Shown: one piece after another, positions 52,877 through 63,876 of the stretch
How positions within the stretch are numbered: position 1 is the stretch's first letter
Layout of the letters: every line of letters starts with the position of its first letter
IMG/VR virus record: IMGVR_UViG_3300025438_000009
Location: 23,167 to 87,166 of that record
Strand: one strand, 5' to 3'
Origin: a virus
DNA: 64,000 nt
Translations under genes and position numbers: made by a program
The notes under the pieces: generated by a model
What the model was told of the DNA's origin: nothing
Databases searched by the model: none
Seen by the model: the letters and a program-made list of their open reading frames with translations, nothing else

Positions 52877-55800
52877 TGGCACGTCTGAATCTTCTCCCCA
52901 ACCCCTCTTTCCGGTCGGGTACAGAGGGCTGGGTCGGTATCAACGGTGCCTCTATAAGCATTAGCTCTGTTGACGGATTTTACGGTGAGACGTCTTTAGA
53001 AGTTACTAAGTCGAACATTGGTGGTTCGGGGGTCCAGACAGCAAACTTTATTGCTATTCCTTCCGCCAATGTGGGTCTTCCTTATGCTGGCTCTGCGTAT
53101 GTGCAAGTTGCTCTTATTGAGGATGAGACCGCAAGCATCCTGCTTAAGCTTTCGTGGTACTCCTCGGTCGGTGACCTTTTGTCTGAGAGCTCTTCTGAGA
53201 TTCTTCAGCTTCCAGCTAACTCGGGGTGGCAGAGAGTTTCTGTAGTTGGTAATGCTCCTGCGGGTGCTTTTCTACTTAAGTTTTCTATTACTCAGCTTGT
53301 TCCTGGGACTTCGGGCAAAAAGTTTAAGACTGACGCAGTACTGCTTGAGCAGTCCTCCTTTGTTGGTGGGTATTTGGACAACATCACGCAGGATGAAGAA
53401 ACAACTACGGTTGACAGGTCTCTTACTCCTAAACAACTTCCGACCATCGGTGGTATGCAACTTAATGCTGATATCACTATTGGCGACTTGGTTCTTAATA
53501 CCATTGACGAAAACGAAGTTGTGTGGGTGTGTACGGATATTGAAGGATGGTGGGGGCACTCCGATACCGCTATCCCCGATATTGAACGTGGAATAGAGGA
53601 CGGTTCTTACGACGTTGAGGGGCGCTACAGAGCTCGGCAGATGACCCTTCGCGGTGTGTTCATTCCCAAGGACCTGACCCAGATTACCTATGCCCGTGAC
53701 CGTCTCATCTCGGCAACAAACTTGGTTCGCGAGGGCGCGTGGCTTCGAACAAATGAGGAGCCTACCAGGGCATCGTATGTTCGCCTTAGCGGTCGCCCAC
53801 AAATTCAAACTGTTAATGCTAGGGGTCGCACAGAGTTTTCTATTGGTCTTAAAGCGGCTGACCCGATTCGCTATAAATGGAATGACTCTTCCATTGATGG
53901 CTTTGAGACAGTAGTTATTCCTAGGACAACCAATCCTACGAGTGGAACAGATGTTTTCGTCATTGTTTCTCGGTCTGCAACTCTTTCTAGTTGTACCCTG
54001 ACAACTAGCACTAGCCACGGGTACTCGGTGGGGCAAAGTGTTACTGTTTCAGATGTTGGTGTCAGGTATAACGGAACATTTAAAATTACAGCAATTACGG
54101 GCACCACTTTTACATACACTTTTGCTGGGTTAGAAGAGTCTCAGACGGGCGCTTCGGGTACAGTTGTTAACCGTAGTCAGATTACGGTATTCAACGAAGG
54201 AACTGCCGATGTTACGGGAATTTTTACACTTATTGGTCCTATTGGTGCGGGCTCCACCATTACTAATGCAACAAATGGTGAGGTTCTCCGAATTGTCCAA
54301 CCCCTTCGTGGCACAGGTCCCATTGCTCGGATAAGTAACTCTGAGCTTTTCAACAACATCGCAACATTGCAAACTTTTAGTGCGCATGAGCTCGTAGTTG
54401 GAGACATTATTGAGGTCTTCGGGCTTGGTGAGCCTTATGACATTGTTGAAACAGTTGTTGAGTCTGTCACGACAAGTTCTCCATACACATTTAGTTACAA
54501 TGTTGTTAATCCAGACGTGCCTAGGAGCTCAGAGGACGGTGGTGTCAGCCTGAAGAACAGTGACGTGATGACTATCGACACCTATGACCGAAGTGTTTCC
54601 TATAATGGCAATCTTGTGGGGCAACGAGCTCGCGTCGACACTCTTGTTTATTGGGTGAAGCTATCTGCTGGCGAGAACCTTATTAAATTTGAGGACAGCA
54701 TTGACCCGTTTGACATTATTTTTAAAGACTTTGATGATATTAACGGTATTGCACAACTGACTACCCGAGAAGCTCACTTCCTTGTTCCAGGACAAGAAAT
54801 TAACGTATCTCTTGCTGAAGAAGCTTCGCTGATTAGGAAACAGCTTTTTGACAATGTTGTGACAATGACAACCACAGAGCCACACGGATTCTCTGTTGGA
54901 GACAGTATTGATGTGGTCTCTAAAGAGGTTTCTACGATTGTCAATAAAGAACTAGAAAACAACTTGGCAATTCTTACAACCGAAGAAGAGAACGGAATTA
55001 ACCCAGGGGACACCGTTGAGGTTGAGCTGGTTCAGAGTTCAGTTATTCTGAGCAAGTCTTCACTTGCCAATGTTGTTACTGTTCAGACTGAGAGGGCGCA
55101 TGGGGCTTCGGTTGGGGATGAAGTTGTTGTTGCGCTACCCACAAATTCTTCTATTGCTAGTAAGTCTCTACAGTCAAATATTGCCACGATTGGTACTGCA
55201 TCTGCCCACAACTTTTCTGTGTCGGATTCGATAACGGTTGGACTTCCAACAACTGCAACAATTGTAAATAAGTTTATTGCCGATACAAACGTTGTTGCAA
55301 CAACAAGTAGCTCTCACGGTTTTTCTATTAATGACCGCATAACTATTACTTTCCCGTTACTAGCCACTGTCGCTGGAGTGTCCTACGCAGGGGGCTCAAC
55401 AAGCCGAGTGACCTTGACTACTTCTTCGGCTCATGGTTTTGACGTTGGAGATGTTATTAATGTCAATGTTGATGTGTCTTCTACCGCAACAGTAACAAAC
55501 CGTACTGCTACTTCTGGGGCTCCTGGAACATGTACACTGACTACTGCGGGAATTCACAACTTTTCGGTAGGAGAAGAGATTACTGTCTCGGGGGTTGGCT
55601 CTAGGTATAACGGAACACATGTTATTACTGCAGTGAATCCTGGCACCCGAACTATCACGTACCAGTTTGGAACAACGGCTGAAGGTTCCGCAACTTCGAC
55701 AGGAAGCATCACCAACAACACCATCGGGTCGGGGTATAATGGTAGAAAAGTTGTAGAGTCTGTGACATCTACAGCATTGACGTATTACTATTATGGACAG

Positions 55801-55935
55801 ACAGGAAACGTTGTGAGTTCTATTGTTGGTGGTTCACCTTCACTCACAAACGTTACCAACTCTGAGATTGATGGAAACATCACAATAGACTCTGTTCCTA
55901 GCGCCACTCAGTTCACTTACGCTAAGGTGGCATAG
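52876..55935 (+). CDS. Distal/minor tail protein with N-terminal CBM-like domain and many beta-rich repeats
   Basis: NLLPNPSF..GW; IEGWWG..ARQMTLRG..LKAADP distal-tail core; repeated TT..HGFSVGD.I.V units. Confidence 0.75.
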   Translation: MARLNLLPNPSFRSGTEGWVGINGASISISSVDGFYGETSLEVTKSNIGGSGVQTANFIAIPSANVGLPYAGSAYVQVALIEDETASILLKLSWYSSVGDLLSESSSEILQLPANSGWQRVSVVGNAPAGAFLLKFSITQLVPGTSGKKFKTDAVLLEQSSFVGGYLDNITQDEETTTVDRSLTPKQLPTIGGMQLNADITIGDLVLNTIDENEVVWVCTDIEGWWGHSDTAIPDIERGIEDGSYDVEGRYRARQMTLRGVFIPKDLTQITYARDRLISATNLVREGAWLRTNEEPTRASYVRLSGRPQIQTVNARGRTEFSIGLKAADPIRYKWNDSSIDGFETVVIPRTTNPTSGTDVFVIVSRSATLSSCTLTTSTSHGYSVGQSVTVSDVGVRYNGTFKITAITGTTFTYTFAGLEESQTGASGTVVNRSQITVFNEGTADVTGIFTLIGPIGAGSTITNATNGEVLRIVQPLRGTGPIARISNSELFNNIATLQTFSAHELVVGDIIEVFGLGEPYDIVETVVESVTTSSPYTFSYNVVNPDVPRSSEDGGVSLKNSDVMTIDTYDRSVSYNGNLVGQRARVDTLVYWVKLSAGENLIKFEDSIDPFDIIFKDFDDINGIAQLTTREAHFLVPGQEINVSLAEEASLIRKQLFDNVVTMTTTEPHGFSVGDSIDVVSKEVSTIVNKELENNLAILTTEEENGINPGDTVEVELVQSSVILSKSSLANVVTVQTERAHGASVGDEVVVALPTNSSIASKSLQSNIATIGTASAHNFSVSDSITVGLPTTATIVNKFIADTNVVATTSSSHGFSINDRITITFPLLATVAGVSYAGGSTSRVTLTTSSAHGFDVGDVINVNVDVSSTATVTNRTATSGAPGTCTLTTAGIHNFSVGEEITVSGVGSRYNGTHVITAVNPGTRTITYQFGTTAEGSATSTGSITNNTIGSGYNGRKVVESVTSTALTYYYYGQTGNVVSSIVGGSPSLTNVTNSEIDGNITIDSVPSATQFTYAKVA

Positions 55936-55937
55936 CC

Positions 55938-58900
55938 GTGGTTACCGTACCCTTCGGTAGTGGAGGTAGTGCTTCTAGCGGTACCTTTACCGGACCGTGG
56001 AATGTAGGTAATTCCTGGGTTGCAACCAATGCTGGCTCTTGGCCTTCGGGCAACAGGGGTGTTGTGGTCATTGATAGTGTTACTGTTAATGGCTCCAGAA
56101 GCACTGGTACCCTCTCTGTTGTAAACTCTGGTGGAGCCCAGGTACGCATCAACTGGAATACTGCTATTCAGCTGCGGTTTACCAGGTACATCGGCAACGG
56201 TGGAAGCATTATCCGTGGTCCAGGTGTTGGTGGTACTGCTAACTGGAACGGTACAGGTGGTCTCCAAGGAAACTATGTTTGGTCCACCGTCCCAGCACAA
56301 CCCAATGCCCCCAATATTTCAGCTAGCCAAAGCGTTGCTGGTCGAGTCAGTATTTCGTGGAGTGCCCCGGGCGATGGTGGCAAGAGCATCTCGGGGTACA
56401 CAGTATTCCTTAACGGCTCTCAGGTTGCCACAACAGGTAGCACTTCTATTACCATTAGTGGACTCACTCCTGGTGCAGGATACTACGCTCAAGTTTCTGC
56501 GTCAAATGCTAACGGAACAAGTGACACCTCCGGCAACTCGGCAACTGTCGTCACTAGTGGGTTCCCCTCCGCTCCCATTAATTTCACTGTCACCCCAAAC
56601 GGTCTTACGGCAGGAAGAATTGACTTAGCTTGGGGTGAGCCAACAAACACTCAGGGGGGAATCACCAGCTACAAAGTTTATCGAGGTGGCACCCTTCTAA
56701 CGACCTTAGACTCCGATTTAAGAGTTTTTGCAAATACGGGGCTGGCAACAGGAACAAGCTTCTCTTACTTTATTCGGGCGACTAATCAGTTTGGTGAGGG
56801 AAATGCGACAGCTACTCTTTCCGCTACTGCTCCTGGTGTGCCTACTGCCCCTCGAACTCTTGTGGCTACCCCTGGGACAAATGACACGGATACAGGAAAA
56901 ATATACCTTACGTGGTTGGTGCCCGCCACCACAGTTACAACTATTACTGGATATGACATATTCAGGGACAATGTCAAAATCACCGCAACAACGGGCACAG
57001 GAACTACTTTTGTTGACACGGGCAGAACTCCTGGGCAAGCACATGCCTACAAAGTGCAAGCCAGAAACGCTTTTGCAGATAGCACTGGTCTAAGAAGTCC
57101 TGACTCAAACCCCAGCACCGCAACGGCTCCTGGGGTGCCCTCTGCACCACTAAACTTTACTGTTGGGGCAGACTCTGTTACTGCAGGATTACTTAACCTT
57201 TCGTGGAACCCACCTACCCAAACCAACGGGTCTATCACAGGGTATGACGTACATCGAGATGGTGCTCTTCTTATAGCGCTTTCTGGACCAGCAACAACGT
57301 ACAGTAATTCTGGACTTGTTGAAGGTCAAGTTTATACATATGAAGTTTTTGCCCGAAACTCTTTTGCTGACACAAGTGGACTGCGTGGCCCAAGCTTTGG
57401 AACAAGCACTGGGGTTGCGCCAGGGCTTCCTACAGTACCCAGAAACTTTGCTGGTGCCTCAGACGCAGTTCTTTCTGGGACAATTAACCTGTCTTGGACC
57501 CCCCCAGAAACTCCTAAAGGAACAATTACTGGGTATCGGATTTACCAGAAGCTCAGCACGGACGCGTCCTACTCGACAACACCTACATACATTACTGTAG
57601 GCGCGGGCACAAACTTTATAGCTTCAGGGCTTGTTGTTGGCACAACGTACAACTTTAAAATTGCAGGAAGAAACGCATTCTCTGATGCTAGAGCTTCCGA
57701 GGGGGCAAACTCTGGCTCTATTACCGTTTTGGCTATAGGTCTTCCCACCGCCCCTGTTCTTGTTTCCGCAATCCCCAGTACAACTGCGTACAGTGTTGTA
57801 ACGCTGTCGTGGAACGTCCCCAGTATTACCGCTGGCGGAATTGTTGACTACTATATATACGTTGACGGAACACTTGTTAAAAGTGTTGTCGGGGAGAGCA
57901 ACACCACTACAGAAGTTACTGGGCTTAATCAGAGACAAACTTACGGCTTTACTGTTAGGGCGCGTAACAACTACTCTATTATCAACGCCACAACAGGCCC
58001 ACCCTCTAATGCAGTTAGTGCAAAGTCTCCTGGGCCACCCAGCCCCCCTCGCACTCTCACGGCAACGCCACCCCCCACCCCTGAGGGTGTTATTGACCTG
58101 AGCTGGACGCCTCCGCTTGATACTGCTGGGACTCTTACTGGCTACGATATTTATTTCTCTTCGGGGACTCTTATTGCTCAGACCTCGGGCGCAGGAACTA
58201 CTTTCGGTGTCACTGGTCTAGCACCCTCAGTTCAGTACTCGTTTTATGTGCGAGCTCGCAACACCATCTCTGAAGTTGTAGGAATTGCTAGTGTTCCCTC
58301 CAATGTTGCCACCACTGTTGCGCTTGGTGAGCCAAGCGAGCCTCGTAATTTTCAGGTAAATGGTAGCGAGCTGGTTGCAGGAAGACTTGTTCTTACGTGG
58401 GACCTGCCCCTTGAGGGCGGAACTCCAACAGGGTACCGAGTGTATTACTCCAACAACACTCTTCTGGGTACCACTGGCTCGCAACAGTTTGTTATTGATG
58501 GGCTAAATTCCAACCTTGACTACTCTTTCTACGTCCGAGCATGGAACAGTATTACAGAAGGCACAGGGATTCCTGGTGGAACTATCTCCGCCATTGTTAC
58601 TGCCAGACCTGGGAGCACCTCTAATCAAGCCCTTAACACAGGGCGTAGCGTATCTAACCAAACCAACACGGTTCTAAGTGGGACGTACCCGATTACGTCC
58701 ATTACTTCAACAACTGTCTCCTATATCAAGTCTGCTCTTGATATCGAATCTTCTAGTGTTTCGGGGGCCTCAGGCTCCGTTGTTAACAACACCAACACCA
58801 CCTTAAGTGGTACTTTTGCTGTGTTGTCCACCCCAGCATCTGACCAGATTAGATATAGCAGGGTTGGACCAAACCTTCCCACCATTGCTGTTCCTAGCGG

Positions 58901-61900
58901 TAACATCACAAACAACACTAACGCGATATTTAACGGTAGCCACGAGATTTTGTTTGTTGATGTTGTTGACCAGACTATTACATACGCAAGAACAAATGCA
59001 GACATTCCCTCGAGAGTTGTCCCCACAGACCCGGAACAAATAGTCTCGAACACAACAAGCGCTGTCTTTAACGCAGACAACGAGTTTATTACTGCAACAA
59101 CGTCTGATAGTTTTTCCTTCTTACGCACCTCTTCTAACATTGAAGAGTCTTTTGCCTCTGGTACGGTCCTCAACAACACTAACCGAGAAATTTATAACGG
59201 TAACTACACTGTTGTTACAACCCCCGACTACCAAACTTTTACATATAGCACAGGGGACGACGTTACCAAACGGAACGTCGCGACTAACCCCTCCATGGAG
59301 TATGTTGGCGAAGGAACGTCAATTCTTCGTACCAACTATTACACCAATCCACGGCTGAGGAACTCCACGACGGGCTGGACTTTGCTTGCTAGTGGTGCAA
59401 CTCAAACGCCTGACATTAACGGTACCGTTATTGACTTCAGCGATGAGGTTGCCCCCACAAATTCTTTCTTCTTTGAAACAACCCCTGTCCCTATTCAGGT
59501 TGGGGAGTACTCTATTGCGTCCATAGAAATTACAGTACCCCTAGGTTTTCCGTCGCTGAGCTTGCGCTCCATGCTGACCAGCATTGGCTCAGGAAACTCA
59601 GCAGTTGTTACCACAACAATTGACCCAGGAAAAACTGTCCGACTGACTTCTGCTCCTCTGCTGACAACAGCAACATCAACAGGGGTTAGGCACCTGATTG
59701 GGTCTACAGCAACTATCCCTATTGGCTCTCGTATTGTTGTGCGCAATGCCATTTTTGAAAAAACTAACATTTCCGAGGGTTACTTCGACGGGTCTACTAC
59801 CGATGCTAAAGGCTGGGATTACGCCTGGACTGGAACCACAGATGCTTCCACATCTGTTGCTAAAGCAGAAGCCGTGGTTCTCAGGTCTAACAGAATCACT
59901 AACCCGAGCGTTGAGACAACGTCTACAGGTCAGACTGTAAGAACAAACTTTATTGTTAACCCAAGTTTTGAGGCAACCAACACGGGCTGGCTGACAACTG
60001 TTACTGGGATGACACAAGACAGGTCTGCTCTTGAAGTTCTTTCTGGGGTCGCCTCCCTTCGGGCAATATCAACCGAGACTGACTCTTGGGTTTCTTCCCC
60101 CGCCATGTCTGCTACTGCAGGAGCCTCGTACACATTCTCTGCATGGGTCAAAGGCACCCCAGGAAACACGGTTGCGGTTCGCATTGAAGAATTCAATATC
60201 TCAAGTGTCTCCTCAGGCGTCACTGACTCCTCCGATACCGTATTAACAGGAGATTGGCAACGAATTTCCGTCACACGGAATTTGTCTTCGACGGCTTCTA
60301 CCGCAGAGGTATATGTTGTTGACAGGAAAGCCTCCAACGCAGGACAGACTTTTTATGTTGATAATGTGCTCTTCGAGAGAACCGCATTTGTTTTTGACTT
60401 CTTCTCTGGAGCTACTGCTGACTCGGACGGGTACAACTACGCATGGGCTGGCACAGCCAATGCTTCTATTTCGACGGTAATTTCTTCCACCACATTTTCG
60501 ACAAACCTTGCCACAAACCCCTCCATCGAATCTGTACAATCGGGCTCAACGGAGCTTCGGGTAAACCTGCTCAATAACCCTGTACCTGCTAATGCGGGTG
60601 GGTTGGTGTGGAGTGTGAGTGAGGCTGGTCCGAGTGGTATCTACACACAGACATTCACAGTGGATGGCTTTGTTGCTCAAGTTATTACTCAGCCACTTAC
60701 TACAACGTTCACTTTGCGCTCTGGCACGGACTCAGGGACTGCGGGTCGAGTTGCTATAGAACAGGGCAAGGCATACACGCTTTCTGCCACCGTTGTTTCC
60801 AGTATTAATGACGCCCGTTCGATTGTTATTGAGTGGTATAACAATACTGGGGCTCTGCTTTCTCGAGCATCGAGTACAAGGTTGCCTTTAGTTAGCAGTG
60901 TTGCACAAAGAATTAGTGTCACAGGTACTGCCCCTTCGGGTGCGGTTACCGCAGGACTTGTCTTTGCGTGGGTGGGAACAACAGGACCAGACCCCAGCGT
61001 CCGAGTTCTTAACTCTACGTACACCGTCCGTAATGCTCTCTTTGAGCAGACCACTCAGCTTAGACCGTACTTTGATGGAGAGACTCCGAACGGTCTTGGG
61101 TGGGCGTATGACTGGAGCGGTGTTGCAAACCAGTCCACATCAGTGGGTGTGGCTACTGCTGAGGTCACTCGCCAGAACGCTATCCCTACGCCTTCGATGG
61201 AAGTTGCCACTACGGGTGACGTTCTTGTTGCAACAAACTTGGTTACAAACCCGTCAATGGAGTCTTCTTCTGGGTCAGTAACTGTGCGAACAAATCTTTC
61301 TACAAACCCTTCAATGGAGGGCGTTGAGTCTGGCTCTGTTATTGCCAGAAGAAACTATATCCCCAACCCGTCCTTTGAAATTAACACAACAGGCTGGACC
61401 GCAAGCGCGGGTGGGACTCTCACTCGAGTATCTACCCAGTACATCCAAGGCTCGTTCTCTGGTCAGCTTGTAGCAACGGCAAACAATGCTTCTCTCTCTA
61501 CCGGAGCACTCGCTGTTGAGTCCCTGGCTACTTACGTGTTCTCTGTGTGGGTGCGAGGAGAAGCGGGCAAGAACGTAGACGTTCAACTGGTTGAACTGGA
61601 CTCTGTGAGCGCAGAGGTTGGTCGCACAACCTCTACAGCATTATCAACAAACGGAACTTGGCAAAGAATTTCTGTGTCCAGGGCGTTCGGGTCCACTGGT
61701 GTGAACGCAGTCTGTGTTGTGCGAAACGGCACAGGTAACGCAAACCACACGTTCTTTATTGACGGAGCAATGTTTGAGGGTGGCGCATCGGTTGCAGACT
61801 ATTTTGACGGCTCCACCGTTGATGCTTTGGGTTGGGACTATGACTGGTCGGGGGGTGCACATTCTTCAGCTTCTGTGGCAAAAGCGTCTTCTGGTGTGGT

Positions 61901-62246
61901 GCGAACTAACTTTGCCACTAACCCCAGTTTTGAGACTTCATCCGGTACAGTAGAGACACCTGTGGGAACACAGCCTGGAGTGGCGGGAGTTACACCAGAC
62001 ACAAGCAAGGTTTATGCATGGCAAAGTTCTGATACAAAACTACATGGAACTTACGCAGTTGCTGTAGAATGGACTCAGTACTATGGAGTCTCTACGGAGA
62101 GTTCTAACGCAGGACTGTATTTGTTGGATAACAACACACCTTACGATGTAGAAGACACATTCTCAGAGGGACTATATGACTTACACCCCGACACCGACTT
62201 CGACCCCGTGGTTGGCGAAGACGGTCTATACACGATTGGGTCTTAA
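55938..62246 (+). CDS. Large minor tail/adhesin protein with fibronectin type III repeats and CBM-like domains
   Basis: Eight PxAP..LSW..ITGY..Y.VRARN repeats; repeated NPS(F/M)E and YFDG..WTG modules. Confidence 0.8.
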   Translation: MVTVPFGSGGSASSGTFTGPWNVGNSWVATNAGSWPSGNRGVVVIDSVTVNGSRSTGTLSVVNSGGAQVRINWNTAIQLRFTRYIGNGGSIIRGPGVGGTANWNGTGGLQGNYVWSTVPAQPNAPNISASQSVAGRVSISWSAPGDGGKSISGYTVFLNGSQVATTGSTSITISGLTPGAGYYAQVSASNANGTSDTSGNSATVVTSGFPSAPINFTVTPNGLTAGRIDLAWGEPTNTQGGITSYKVYRGGTLLTTLDSDLRVFANTGLATGTSFSYFIRATNQFGEGNATATLSATAPGVPTAPRTLVATPGTNDTDTGKIYLTWLVPATTVTTITGYDIFRDNVKITATTGTGTTFVDTGRTPGQAHAYKVQARNAFADSTGLRSPDSNPSTATAPGVPSAPLNFTVGADSVTAGLLNLSWNPPTQTNGSITGYDVHRDGALLIALSGPATTYSNSGLVEGQVYTYEVFARNSFADTSGLRGPSFGTSTGVAPGLPTVPRNFAGASDAVLSGTINLSWTPPETPKGTITGYRIYQKLSTDASYSTTPTYITVGAGTNFIASGLVVGTTYNFKIAGRNAFSDARASEGANSGSITVLAIGLPTAPVLVSAIPSTTAYSVVTLSWNVPSITAGGIVDYYIYVDGTLVKSVVGESNTTTEVTGLNQRQTYGFTVRARNNYSIINATTGPPSNAVSAKSPGPPSPPRTLTATPPPTPEGVIDLSWTPPLDTAGTLTGYDIYFSSGTLIAQTSGAGTTFGVTGLAPSVQYSFYVRARNTISEVVGIASVPSNVATTVALGEPSEPRNFQVNGSELVAGRLVLTWDLPLEGGTPTGYRVYYSNNTLLGTTGSQQFVIDGLNSNLDYSFYVRAWNSITEGTGIPGGTISAIVTARPGSTSNQALNTGRSVSNQTNTVLSGTYPITSITSTTVSYIKSALDIESSSVSGASGSVVNNTNTTLSGTFAVLSTPASDQIRYSRVGPNLPTIAVPSGNITNNTNAIFNGSHEILFVDVVDQTITYARTNADIPSRVVPTDPEQIVSNTTSAVFNADNEFITATTSDSFSFLRTSSNIEESFASGTVLNNTNREIYNGNYTVVTTPDYQTFTYSTGDDVTKRNVATNPSMEYVGEGTSILRTNYYTNPRLRNSTTGWTLLASGATQTPDINGTVIDFSDEVAPTNSFFFETTPVPIQVGEYSIASIEITVPLGFPSLSLRSMLTSIGSGNSAVVTTTIDPGKTVRLTSAPLLTTATSTGVRHLIGSTATIPIGSRIVVRNAIFEKTNISEGYFDGSTTDAKGWDYAWTGTTDASTSVAKAEAVVLRSNRITNPSVETTSTGQTVRTNFIVNPSFEATNTGWLTTVTGMTQDRSALEVLSGVASLRAISTETDSWVSSPAMSATAGASYTFSAWVKGTPGNTVAVRIEEFNISSVSSGVTDSSDTVLTGDWQRISVTRNLSSTASTAEVYVVDRKASNAGQTFYVDNVLFERTAFVFDFFSGATADSDGYNYAWAGTANASISTVISSTTFSTNLATNPSIESVQSGSTELRVNLLNNPVPANAGGLVWSVSEAGPSGIYTQTFTVDGFVAQVITQPLTTTFTLRSGTDSGTAGRVAIEQGKAYTLSATVVSSINDARSIVIEWYNNTGALLSRASSTRLPLVSSVAQRISVTGTAPSGAVTAGLVFAWVGTTGPDPSVRVLNSTYTVRNALFEQTTQLRPYFDGETPNGLGWAYDWSGVANQSTSVGVATAEVTRQNAIPTPSMEVATTGDVLVATNLVTNPSMESSSGSVTVRTNLSTNPSMEGVESGSVIARRNYIPNPSFEINTTGWTASAGGTLTRVSTQYIQGSFSGQLVATANNASLSTGALAVESLATYVFSVWVRGEAGKNVDVQLVELDSVSAEVGRTTSTALSTNGTWQRISVSRAFGSTGVNAVCVVRNGTGNANHTFFIDGAMFEGGASVADYFDGSTVDALGWDYDWSGGAHSSASVAKASSGVVRTNFATNPSFETSSGTVETPVGTQPGVAGVTPDTSKVYAWQSSDTKLHGTYAVAVEWTQYYGVSTESSNAGLYLLDNNTPYDVEDTFSEGLYDLHPDTDFDPVVGEDGLYTIGS

Positions 62247-62248
62247 CT

Positions 62249-63610
62249 ATGGCGTTTGACAAAATAGTCGCAGCAGATTCTGCTACTTATGACCTTCCCC
62301 CCCTGGTTCGTGACCGCCTGGCTACCAACATTTCTACGGAAGCCACGGGAGAGTACACGGCTGTTGAGAGCGTTGTTAACGCTGTTCTTGCTGGTGCTGA
62401 CCTGGGCTCTTTGCCTCAGTGGACTACCGCTGGGCGCCCCGCCACGCCAGGTGATAGTGCGCTTATTGGGTTTAACACAGAGACCGAAACGGTCGAGTTT
62501 TACAACACTGTTACTGACGAGTGGGAACCTATCGGTGCGGGGAGCAAGTTTACAGTTTCAACTACTGCGCCTGCAGAAGCCGAAAACGGTGACACGTGGT
62601 TTAACTCTGAGACTGGTTCTACATACATTTACTATGTTGATGGCAATTCGTCTCAGTGGGTAGAAATCGGTGGTTCCGGTGGTTCTGGCGATGTGACTAT
62701 CTCGGACTACGCCCCCACTAGCCCCCAACCTGGTGACCTCTGGTACGACTCGGTTACTGGCTCCACATTTATTTACTATGAGGACGCGGACTCTACCCAG
62801 TGGGTAGAAATTGGGCAAACAGCTCAGCCCACTTCTGCATACATTCGTGAGACTGCACCACCTGAGGCTGAGAATGGTCAACTGTGGCTTGATTCCACAG
62901 ATGGTCGACTTTATGTTTACTATATTGATGGGGATAGCAGTCAGTGGATTGGTGTTCGTTCTGCTGAGAGCACGACGGGGGCGTTTGTTTCTGAGACTGC
63001 CCCTCTCGCTCCAAATCCGGGAGATTTGTGGTTGGATTCGACTGAGGGTCTAATGTATGTGTGGTATGTGGATGGGGATTCCTCTCAGTGGGTTGCTGCT
63101 GTGGGTGGGACCAACACGCCACCGCCACTTACTCGCGCGGATTTGCCTGCGGGGAGTGTGTTGCAGGTTGTGTCTACCGTCAAGACGGATACCTTTGCAA
63201 ACACAACCAACACTTACGCAGATGTACCTGGTTTAACCGTTACGGTGACACCATCCTCTAGCTCAAATAAAATCCTAATAATTGCTCAAGTTCAGAGCAA
63301 CGGGTCTCATGGGCATCTTAGGCTTAATGGCGGGAACAGTGATGCGTATGTTGGTGATGCTTCTTCGAATCGGGTGCGTAGCGTGTTCGGTTTCGCGCAG
63401 ACGGTTGCTAACGAGAACACTTTAGCGGGGCCGTCTGGGTCTATGGTTTACCTGGACAGCCCAAACACGACCTCTGCTACGACTTATGCGGTGCAGGTGA
63501 GAGGACACAATTCGGTGGCGGGTTTTGTAAATCGCACGTTTACCGATAGCGATTCTGTGAACGGGACTCGGGGCGCGAGTTCGATTACGGTGATGGAGGT
63601 AGCAGGCTGA
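62249..63610 (+). CDS. Tail fiber-like protein with four internal repeats
   Basis: 4x AP...GDLW.DS..G..Y.YY.D..S.QW; C-terminal GSVLQVVS..SITVMEVAG. Confidence 0.75.
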   Translation: MAFDKIVAADSATYDLPPLVRDRLATNISTEATGEYTAVESVVNAVLAGADLGSLPQWTTAGRPATPGDSALIGFNTETETVEFYNTVTDEWEPIGAGSKFTVSTTAPAEAENGDTWFNSETGSTYIYYVDGNSSQWVEIGGSGGSGDVTISDYAPTSPQPGDLWYDSVTGSTFIYYEDADSTQWVEIGQTAQPTSAYIRETAPPEAENGQLWLDSTDGRLYVYYIDGDSSQWIGVRSAESTTGAFVSETAPLAPNPGDLWLDSTEGLMYVWYVDGDSSQWVAAVGGTNTPPPLTRADLPAGSVLQVVSTVKTDTFANTTNTYADVPGLTVTVTPSSSSNKILIIAQVQSNGSHGHLRLNGGNSDAYVGDASSNRVRSVFGFAQTVANENTLAGPSGSMVYLDSPNTTSATTYAVQVRGHNSVAGFVNRTFTDSDSVNGTRGASSITVMEVAG

Positions 63611-63876
63611 TGGATATCGTGAGCATTCTTACAAGGCGTTACGAAGGGTCCGAGTGGACTTTGAACGGCGACAACTACAGTGGCCTCACCTGGCTATCCG
63701 ACACACCCAAACCCACGAAGAAAGCCCTCGAAGCTCTCTGGGCTGATGTGCAAGCCGAAATTGCCGGTGAGGCGCAAGCGCGTGTGGACGCTAAGGCTTC
63801 CACGATTGCTAAGTTGCAGGCTTTGGGTTTGACGGTTGAAGAAGTACAGGTTGCGTTCGGGTTGGGGGTAGAGTGA
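63610..63876 (+). CDS. Small tail-fiber-associated protein
   Basis: EWTLNGDNYSGLTWL..KPT..AKLQALGLT, a pattern typical after fiber genes. Confidence 0.7.
   Translation: MDIVSILTRRYEGSEWTLNGDNYSGLTWLSDTPKPTKKALEALWADVQAEIAGEAQARVDAKASTIAKLQALGLTVEEVQVAFGLGVE

Noticed and set aside
21171-63261. Numerous 60-280 aa antisense and alternate-frame ORFs in the track
   Set aside because: Shadow frames of long structural genes with no RBS or protein-like composition; only 23224-23358 had supporting signals.
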